From positions 1 through 51,306 of the forward strand of contig JBEKSU010000001.1 of assembly GCA_049516755.1 (NCBI GenBank): 51,306 nucleotides of DNA, read 5' to 3'. Source of the stretch: Verrucomicrobiota bacterium (GTDB taxonomy: Bacteria; Verrucomicrobiota; Verrucomicrobiia; Limisphaerales; UBA11358). Of the stretch, positions 25,794 through 32,422 are shown one piece after another. The notes beneath the pieces were generated by a model. It saw nothing but the letters and a program-made list of their open reading frames with translations, was not told the origin of the DNA and searched no databases. How positions within the stretch are numbered: the first letter of the stretch is position 1; each line of letters begins with the position of its first letter. The translations under genes were made by a program, and so were the position numbers.

Positions 25794-26165
25794 TTGAAGG
25801 CAGTGATTACTGTAGCGCGGTGGAGTAAAGTCGTAGTTTCCATGTGGTTTATGGTAGACAATACCGCCATCCAACAGGCAAATCAGTTGCCTCAAGGCAA
25901 TGTAAACAGTGGCTTGGCCAATCTGTTACAGGGATCCATTACACATCTGGCCTGCAAATGCTCAACAAAGGATAATGCGGATTTTTTAATCAAGAAGGAT
26001 CGCATCGTCTGTGCCTTTTGTGACCGGGAGATCTTTTGCCTGCCGCCCATACTTGGAGTTTACAAGGCCACGTGCAGTTGTTGTAACTCGCCATCAGTCA
26101 AATCCACATTCGTTCTGGATTCGCGCGGACTCTATGTTTGTACCTGGTGCGGTCGAACGAAGTAG
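25794..26165 (+). CDS. small Cys-rich protein with two tandem Zn-ribbon modules
   Basis: C54-x-C56-x16-C73-x2-C76 and C94-x-C96C97-x18-C116-x2-C119. Low GC relative to its neighbours. The ORF-track start is TTG; ATG alternatives are at 25842 and 25851. Confidence 0.45.
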   Translation: MKAVITVARWSKVVVSMWFMVDNTAIQQANQLPQGNVNSGLANLLQGSITHLACKCSTKDNADFLIKKDRIVCAFCDREIFCLPPILGVYKATCSCCNSPSVKSTFVLDSRGLYVCTWCGRTK

Positions 26166-26223
26166 GCTGGCGCGAGTTTGTAAATGCCCCCGCCAAATTC
26201 TCAGACCAACAGTTTGCCGCAGA

Positions 26224-27993
26224 TCACGGCCTGCGGCGGATAAGTTCGAAATTGCATAGCCGCACTTCTGGTTTGCCCGCGGGGTCGAGCACCAGTTGTT
26301 CGTCCGCGTCGAAGGAAATCAGCAGATGATCAGGTTTGAGATTGAGGTCCTCAAATCCGAAGCGAGCCTGTTTGCGCGCCACCATCTGCGTCAGTTCCGT
26401 TGACATTTGCCCGGAAATCAGTTTGTTGGTGAAGGCGCGTTTGACGTTGACGGCCTGGTAGTATTTTCCATCCTGCGCCGCGAGCAGCTCGTCCGGGCCG
26501 TTCCAAAAGCCCCAGATGGTGATGTAGTCGTATTCCTTGCGCACGGCCGGGTCCCCGTCGGGCGTGCGGACATCAGCCAGCGCGGCGTAACGCCGTTCGT
26601 CGGATACCTGGCGGGCGGAGCCCCGCTGGCGGCCGGTCATGTAAATGGCGCGCGGGTAGACCGTCCGCACGTCGTGGTGGCTCATTTCGAGCGCAAAGGC
26701 AAACTCCTCGAAAGGACTGTTGAACCCATAGGCCTGCGCTTCCTCCTTGTGGGCGTCGGGATTCTTCAACCATGGCGAGTCGCCCATGCGCGAAACCTTC
26801 CACACCAGGTTGATGTTGTCCTTGGTGCGCGTGTAAAAAATCTGGTTGCGGGCGGACAGTTTTTTCTTCGGCGTGCGGCGCCACCGTTCCGGCAGAAAAT
26901 AATTAAACAGGTCGGGGTCCTTGCCCACCACCCAGAGCAGGCCGCCCGTGCTCTCGGCGCGGCCAAAAATGTAATCCACGCCCAGGATGTTGGTGGCGCG
27001 GAGATGTGCCGGCAGCGGACTGGCCGCGTCCGTGTCGAACCGGCGGGCCATGTGCTTGAGGTAAAGTTGCCGGTTGACGCTCCGCACGGCCCGTTCGTGT
27101 TCAGGGGTCCGTTCGAGCAATTCATAATCCACCAGCGCGTAGGCAAACTGGTCGTTGTGATCGCGCAGCAGCTTGTTCGATTGCGGGCGCAGAATGATGT
27201 GCGCCGGTTTCATGTCGATGACCCGGTAGCCTTTCTGCCACAATTCATGCGTGACCAGGCTGGTGACGCGGGCCAGAAATTCCGCCTGCGCCCGGCCTTC
27301 AAACCCGAATTTCTCCGCCGTTTCAACCGCATCCAGGCCCTTGATCCAGCCGAACAGAACGACGTATTGCCGGAGAATGTCAATCTCCACGCCGGGATGA
27401 CGGGTCACCTTCGCCCGGATTTTGTCCTCGGAACGGCCGGTCTGCCAGAGCTGCAAGCGCTCGTCCGGCACATAGATCGCCAGCGGGCGCTGGGTGCGGA
27501 TGCGGATGGCCGCCGGCCCGGCTTCGCCCCGGCGCAATTCCATGAGCAGCGAAAATTCTTCAAACGGACTGTTGAATTCCGCCTGAATGAACTTGTTTAC
27601 CGTGAGGGTGTCGAACGGAACCATTTCGCCCACGCGTGACCATTTGACGACTAGATTCAATACCTTGCCGCTTACCGGACGCGTCGGCACCTTGTAAACC
27701 ATGCTTGTGCCTTCCAGCCGCTCGCGCTTGGCCTCAAACCACTCTCGCGCATACCAGTTCTCCGGCAGCAGGTTTTTCCAGAACGGCAGACCAAAACGCG
27801 TGAGATACAGGTCGCCGCCGTCGTCGGTCTTCAGGCGATAATAATCCACCCCCAGGAAAGACATGGCATTGCACGGCACCGGCAAATCCGCCGGCAAAAC
27901 CAGCGGCGGCGGATTTGCGGCGGGAGCGGGTGTCGCCGAGGCGGAAATTTCCCGCGCCGGGTTGAACGTCAAAAGTTTGGCATTGGCAGCCAC
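26224..27993 (-). CDS. internally duplicated atypical kinase-fold protein (kinase-like half + degenerate half)
   Basis: Two halves of about 290 aa share LGVDY, LPExW, NLV(V/W)K(W/V)SR, FNSPFEEF, P(L/R)AIY, (D/N)xKPxH(I/L)(I/L) and (D/N)(Y/F)EL(L/I). GTG start at 27993. Confidence 0.6.
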   Translation of the reverse strand: MAANAKLLTFNPAREISASATPAPAANPPPLVLPADLPVPCNAMSFLGVDYYRLKTDDGGDLYLTRFGLPFWKNLLPENWYAREWFEAKRERLEGTSMVYKVPTRPVSGKVLNLVVKWSRVGEMVPFDTLTVNKFIQAEFNSPFEEFSLLMELRRGEAGPAAIRIRTQRPLAIYVPDERLQLWQTGRSEDKIRAKVTRHPGVEIDILRQYVVLFGWIKGLDAVETAEKFGFEGRAQAEFLARVTSLVTHELWQKGYRVIDMKPAHIILRPQSNKLLRDHNDQFAYALVDYELLERTPEHERAVRSVNRQLYLKHMARRFDTDAASPLPAHLRATNILGVDYIFGRAESTGGLLWVVGKDPDLFNYFLPERWRRTPKKKLSARNQIFYTRTKDNINLVWKVSRMGDSPWLKNPDAHKEEAQAYGFNSPFEEFAFALEMSHHDVRTVYPRAIYMTGRQRGSARQVSDERRYAALADVRTPDGDPAVRKEYDYITIWGFWNGPDELLAAQDGKYYQAVNVKRAFTNKLISGQMSTELTQMVARKQARFGFEDLNLKPDHLLISFDADEQLVLDPAGKPEVRLCNFELIRRRP

Positions 27994-28286
27994 AAGGTTA
28001 ATCTAGGCATTCCTCCCGCCGTCGCAAGCGGCGATTGTTTTATCGGAGGAACGGGTTGCCTGATGCCGTGTCGGTGTGCCCGTCTCCGGCAGCAACTGAC
28101 TTCATTCAAGCCATGGAATAATTCCCGACGCCCGTCGACCGTACTGCGCCCGCGCGGAGATTCAACTTTGAAATTCGGATCAAGCATCCGTCTGGGGATC
28201 AGCCCCCCCTCAGGAAAAGCAAAATGACGGAATGAGCGCGCCTGCCCACCCCGGTCAAAGCGGCCGCTAATTTTCAAAAACAGTGC

Positions 28287-28315
28287 TTCCTATTTAACGG
28301 TAAATGGGTTATAAT
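28287..28315 (+). promoter_or_regulatory. candidate promoter for the nitronate monooxygenase gene
   Basis: Perfect TATAAT at 28310..28315 with a weak -35 TTCCTA 17 nt upstream. Leader of about 125 nt. Confidence 0.3.
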
Positions 28316-28444
28316 TTATTCAGCGTCGGTTTCCGACGGATTCCCGCCAAGGTGTTTCAAGGGACACTTTTCCGGTGATTCCGGACTTTTCTGTCGTGAG
28401 CTTTTCTCCTTGGGGAGCGAAGCGCTGGTGGTGCGGTTGATATT

Positions 28445-29920
28445 ATGTCACAGCCGAAGATTATTCAGGGCGGGATGGGTGCGGCCGTGTCCGGCTGGAC
28501 TTTGGCGCGCACGGTTTCGCAATTGGGCCAGCTCGGCGTCGTCTCCGGGACGGGACTGGCCATCATCCTTGCCCGCAGCCTGCAACTGGGCGATCTCGAC
28601 GGTCATCTGCGTCACGCCCTGCAGCGGTTCCCCGTTCCCGAAGTCGCCGCGCGCGTGCTGGCGCAATACTTTGTTCCCGGTGGAAAATCTTCGGCGGCGC
28701 CATTCAAACTCGCTGCCATGCCCACGCTCCGCCCCGGTCCGGCACTCGTGGAATTGACGGTGGTGGCCAACTTCGTGGAAGTGTTTCTGGCCAAGGATGG
28801 CCACGACGGATTGGTCGGGATTAATTTTCTCGAAAAAATCCAGCTGCCCACCTTGCCCTCACTTTACGGCGCGATGCTCGCCGATGTGGATTACGTGCTC
28901 ATGGGCGCCGGCATACCACGCGCTATTCCCGGCGCGCTGGATCGTCTGGCGGCAGGCGAACCGGCCCAACTGAAAATTGATGTCATCGGCGCGTTGCCCG
29001 GCGAGGAATTCCTTTCCATGTTTGACCCGCGCGCTTTCTGCAAAGGCCAACTCCCGGCGGTGAAGCGTCCGCAGTTCCTCGGGATTGTCGCCTCAGTGAC
29101 CCTTGCCATGGCTTTGGCCAGGAAAGCCAGCGGATACGTGGACGGCTTCGTCATCGAAGGCGACACCGCCGGCGGACACAACGCCCCGCCGCGCGGCCCG
29201 CTGCAACTCAACGCCATCGGCGAACCGGTATATGGCCCGCGCGATGTCGTTGACCTCGAAAAAATCCGCGAGCTGGGCCGGCCCTTCTGGCTGGCCGGAT
29301 CGTATGGGCGGCCAGGCCGGCTGGCCGAGGCCTTGCGCCTTGGCGCCTCCGGTGTTCAGGTGGGAACGGCCTTTGCGTTTTGCAACGAATCCGGCCTGCG
29401 TCCCGACCTCAAGCGACAGGCCCTGCAAATGAGCCGTGCCGGCGCCGCGCGCGTTTTCACCGACCCGATTGCCTCGCCCACCGGTTTTCCGTTCAAGGTG
29501 GTTCTGACGCCCGGCACGCTTTCCGATGCCGACCGGTATGCGGCACGGACTCGCATCTGCGACCTGGGGTATCTCCGGCATCTTTATCGCAAACCGGACG
29601 GGACACTGGGCTACCGTTGTCCCGCCGAACCGGTGGATGATTTTGTCAAAAAAGGCGGGACAGTCGCTGACGCGCAAGGCCGCAAATGCCTTTGCAATGC
29701 GCTGGTGGCCAACATCGGCCTCAACCAGTTGCGCTCCAATTCGGAAGAGGAATTGGCGTTGATGACCGCCGGCGACGACGTCGCCCACGTGGCACAATTT
29801 CTCCAGCCGGGTTGCGACACCTACACCGCCGCGGATGTCGTACACTGTTTGTTGGACGAGGCGCTGCCCGTCAACGGGGTTGCTCATTCAGCAGCGCATC
29901 CAAGTCCAGCGCACGTGTGA
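28445..29920 (+). CDS. nitronate monooxygenase / NMO-family FMN oxidoreductase (long form)
   Basis: N-terminus IIQGGMGAAVSGWTLARTVSQLGQLGVVSG. GFVIEGDTAGGHN and GASGVQVGTAF are typical of the NMO/FabK-like TIM-barrel family. Confidence 0.8.
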   Translation: MSQPKIIQGGMGAAVSGWTLARTVSQLGQLGVVSGTGLAIILARSLQLGDLDGHLRHALQRFPVPEVAARVLAQYFVPGGKSSAAPFKLAAMPTLRPGPALVELTVVANFVEVFLAKDGHDGLVGINFLEKIQLPTLPSLYGAMLADVDYVLMGAGIPRAIPGALDRLAAGEPAQLKIDVIGALPGEEFLSMFDPRAFCKGQLPAVKRPQFLGIVASVTLAMALARKASGYVDGFVIEGDTAGGHNAPPRGPLQLNAIGEPVYGPRDVVDLEKIRELGRPFWLAGSYGRPGRLAEALRLGASGVQVGTAFAFCNESGLRPDLKRQALQMSRAGAARVFTDPIASPTGFPFKVVLTPGTLSDADRYAARTRICDLGYLRHLYRKPDGTLGYRCPAEPVDDFVKKGGTVADAQGRKCLCNALVANIGLNQLRSNSEEELALMTAGDDVAHVAQFLQPGCDTYTAADVVHCLLDEALPVNGVAHSAAHPSPAHV

Positions 29921-30374
29921 ACATCGCCAGGCCGCCGTCGGACGTGCGCGGCCACTGTTCCTTCGGACGGTCCCAATAAAGTTCCACGCCGTTGCCATCC
30001 GGATCGCGCAGATAAAGTGCTTCACTCACGCCGTGGTCGGAAGCGCCGTCCAGCTCAATCCCCGCCGCCAGCACCCGTCGCAACGCATCGGCCAGCAGCG
30101 CGCGGGTCGGATACAAAATCGCCACGTGATACAAACCGGTCGCGCCCGGTGGCGGCGGCGAACCGCCTGCACTCTCCCAGGTGTTCAGGCCGATGTGATG
30201 ATGATAGCCGCCGGCGGAAAGAAATGCCGCCTGCGATCCAAAATGTTCTGTCAGTTCAAAGCCGAGCACGTCGCGATAAAATTTCAGCGCGCGTTCGAGG
30301 TCGGCCACCTTCAGATGCACGTGGCCGATGCGAACCCGCGCATCAACGGGCCGGGCTGCCGGATGGTCTTTCAT
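29871..30374 (-). CDS. VOC (glyoxalase/bleomycin-resistance/dioxygenase) family protein
   Basis: IGHVHLKVADLERALKFYRDVLGF, YHHHIGLNTW, YHVAILYP, SEALYLRDPDGNGVELY. Start taken at MKDHPAA. The 3' end overlaps the NMO 3' end by 50 nt (convergent). Confidence 0.8.
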   Translation of the reverse strand: MKDHPAARPVDARVRIGHVHLKVADLERALKFYRDVLGFELTEHFGSQAAFLSAGGYHHHIGLNTWESAGGSPPPPGATGLYHVAILYPTRALLADALRRVLAAGIELDGASDHGVSEALYLRDPDGNGVELYWDRPKEQWPRTSDGGLAMFTRALDLDALLNEQPR

Positions 30375-30436
30375 GATGGCAAGGTGGACGAAAACGGGTG
30401 CGAATGCAAAAATCCGAACGTGTTGTGATGGGCAGA

Positions 30437-30745
30437 CTAACCAGCAAGCTGCGCGCGCACCAATTCGCAAAGTTTCACAACCAGTTGGCTCTTCATGCCA
30501 TAATAAACGCACTGGCCATTCTTTTTTCGGGTCAGGACGCCCCCGGCGGCCAGCAACGCGAGATGCTTGGAAACGTTGGCTTGGGTGGATCCGGTGGCCG
30601 CCACAATGTCATTCACGTTGCGCGGCCCCCGGCAGACCGCCTGCAAAATCCGCAGCCGCATCGGCTCGCCCAGCAGCTTGAACCGGGCCGCGACCTGCCC
30701 GAACTCTTTCGGGGCCACCAACCGCGCAGTTTTTTTATTTGACAT
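30437..30745 (-). CDS. ArsR/SmtB-family transcriptional regulator
   Basis: Winged-helix FKLLGEPMRLRILQAVCRGPRNVNDIVAATGSTQANVSKHLALLAAGGVL. Confidence 0.9.
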   Translation of the reverse strand: MSNKKTARLVAPKEFGQVAARFKLLGEPMRLRILQAVCRGPRNVNDIVAATGSTQANVSKHLALLAAGGVLTRKKNGQCVYYGMKSQLVVKLCELVRAQLAG

Positions 30746-30772
30746 ATAACTATATGGTTATACAATTATAAC
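30746..30772. promoter_or_regulatory. AT-rich overlapping palindromes, candidate ArsR operator
   Basis: ATAAC-TATATG-GTTAT (30746..30761) and GTTATA-CAAT-TATAAC (30757..30772). They sit immediately upstream of arsR, in the divergent promoter region. Confidence 0.45.
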
Positions 30773-30825
30773 ATGATTGAATTGGTTGTCCATCAAAAAG
30801 CGCCTCCACCCGAAGGGCGCTCGCC

Positions 30826-30993
30826 ATGATCCAGCGCCTCGTCATCGGCGCCGTGGCCGGGGCGGTTCTGGGCTTCGGCTGGCACAAGCTGGCCGGCTGT
30901 TCGACCGGCGCTTGTCCATTGACCGCCAATCCTTTTGTAGCCACGCTCTATGGGATGTCCGTGGGCGCGCTGATCGCAACCAGTTTTCATTAA
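30826..30993 (+). CDS. 55-aa two-helix membrane protein with a CxxGxCPLTAN motif (not in the ORF track, under 60 aa)
   Basis: Hand translation: MIQRLVIGAVAGAVLGFGWHKLAGCSTGACPLTANPFVATLYGMSVGALIATSFH. The same module forms the N-terminus of the thioredoxin at 36208. Resembles the small DUF6132-type family, from memory. Confidence 0.6.
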   Translation: MIQRLVIGAVAGAVLGFGWHKLAGCSTGACPLTANPFVATLYGMSVGALIATSFH

Positions 30994-31016
30994 ACCTCAA
31001 CCAGACAACTCTTGAT

Positions 31017-31283
31017 ATGAAAATGGAACTCATCATCCGCCGGTTCGCCGGCACTTTTGTCCTGGCGAGCCTGGTGCTCGCGCACTATCACAGCCCGTAC
31101 TGGCTCTGGGTCACCGCCTTTGTCGGCTTCAACCTGCTGCAATCGTCGTTCACGAAATTCTGTCCGCTGGAAATCATCCTGAGAAAACTCGGGGTCAGCG
31201 GCTCGTGCTGCGGCGAAGGGAAGACCGGCGGGGAACAGGCTGGCGGCTCTTGTTGCTGCGGTGACGCCGGCCACAAGATCTGA
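31017..31283 (+). CDS. DUF2892 / YgaP-like transmembrane-domain protein with a Cys-rich C-terminal tail
   Basis: R-F-AG...WLWVTAFVGFNLLQSSFTKFCPLEIILRKLG matches the YgaP-type TM domain. Tail SGSCCGEGKTGGEQAGGSCCCGDAGH. The N-terminal extension of ORF 30777..31283 is discounted. Confidence 0.7.
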   Translation: MKMELIIRRFAGTFVLASLVLAHYHSPYWLWVTAFVGFNLLQSSFTKFCPLEIILRKLGVSGSCCGEGKTGGEQAGGSCCCGDAGHKI

Positions 31284-31284
31284 T

Positions 31285-32313
31285 ATGAAAATTTTAAAAC
31301 GAGGTGCGAGCCTGGTTGTTTTGATGGCTGCGGCGTTGTTCGCCGGCTGCCGCGGAAAGGTTGCCCCGCCGGTTTCGGAAAACCTTCCGCCGGCCACCGT
31401 CCGCGTACAAACCGTGGAAAACAAATCGCGCGTTGCCACCGAGGACGTGGTGGGCACGGTCCGCGCCAAATTGCGCTCGGTGATTGAGGCCAAAATCAGC
31501 GGTCGGATCGAAAAAATGTTGGTGGTGCCCGGCCAGAACGTGAAGGCGGGCGAACTGCTCGTCCAGCTTGACGCCCGCGAAGTGCAGGCCCAACTCGACC
31601 AGGCGCTGGCCCTGCGCCAGCAGGCGGAAAGCGACTTGAAGCGCGCCACCGACCTGTACCAGCAGAAGATTCTCGCCCAGTCCGAATACGACAACGCCCA
31701 GTCCAAGTTCCGCGTGGCCGACGCGGCGGCCATGGAGGCCGAAACCCTGCTCGGTTACACCAAGGTCATCGCGCCATTCGACGGCGTCATCACCCGAAAA
31801 TACACCGACGTGGGCGACCTCGCCTCGCCAGGCAAACCGCTGCTGGAAATGGAGGACGCCCGCGATTTGCGGCTCGAAGCTGACGTGCCGGAAGCGGTCA
31901 TTGGCCATCTCACCCTCGGCGACAAGCTGGGAGTGCGCGTGTCCGGCGTGACCAACGAACTAGATGGCGTCATCAGCGAAATCGCGCCGTCCGCCGATCC
32001 CAACAGCCGTACCTTTCTCGTCAAGCTTGACCTGCCGTCGGCATCCGGCTTGCGGGCCGGCCAGTTCGGGCGAGCGGCCATGCCGGTGGGCGAAACTTCG
32101 GCCTTGCGGGTGCAGGCTTCCGCCGTCGTGCAACGCGGACAGATGGAACTGGTTTTTGTGGTGGTGAATGGCCACGCGCAATTGCGCATCGTCAAAACCG
32201 GCAAACGCATCGGCGACGAAGTCGAATTGGTCTCCGGCGTGGACGCGGGGGAAAAGGTGGTGGTGGATGGCGCCGCCAATCTGGTTGACGGACAGCCAGT
32301 GGAGGCTAAATGA
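31285..32313 (+). CDS. efflux RND periplasmic adaptor (MFP/HlyD-like) lipoprotein
   Basis: Lipobox LFAGC. Barrel-sandwich and coiled-coil pattern (GRIEKMLVVPGQNVKAGELLVQLD, YTKVIAPFDGVIT). Confidence 0.9.
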   Translation: MKILKRGASLVVLMAAALFAGCRGKVAPPVSENLPPATVRVQTVENKSRVATEDVVGTVRAKLRSVIEAKISGRIEKMLVVPGQNVKAGELLVQLDAREVQAQLDQALALRQQAESDLKRATDLYQQKILAQSEYDNAQSKFRVADAAAMEAETLLGYTKVIAPFDGVITRKYTDVGDLASPGKPLLEMEDARDLRLEADVPEAVIGHLTLGDKLGVRVSGVTNELDGVISEIAPSADPNSRTFLVKLDLPSASGLRAGQFGRAAMPVGETSALRVQASAVVQRGQMELVFVVVNGHAQLRIVKTGKRIGDEVELVSGVDAGEKVVVDGAANLVDGQPVEAK

Positions 32314-32422
32314 ACGCGCGCCCATTCCATGAACCGGACTGTGCGGCCGGCATTCTGCCGGCAGAACTCGAACAGATCTGCCGACGAGACGTCGGCAGCA
32401 CGTTGGTGGCGCGGTCGCTCCC

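Noticed and set aside
26407-27639. 410-aa ORF on the plus strand
   Set aside because: It is entirely antisense to the kinase-like gene. It is Arg/Gly/Ala/Val/His-rich with no motifs. It is a typical mirror ORF of a high-GC gene.
27969-28277. 102-aa minus-strand ORF upstream of the kinase-like gene
   Set aside because: It overlaps the kinase gene start. Arg/Pro/Gly-rich with no motif. It probably lies in the promoter or leader region.
29871-29920. 50-nt convergent overlap of the NMO and VOC genes
   Set aside because: Both 3' ends are in weakly conserved tails. It is probably a benign overlap or a slightly mis-set stop context, not a regulatory feature.
30777-31283. 168-aa ORF from the track
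   Set aside because: Its N-terminal two-thirds is a low-complexity read-through overlapping the better-supported 55-aa CxxGxCP gene in another frame. Only the C-terminal 88 codons (31017..31283) look like a real DUF2892-type protein.
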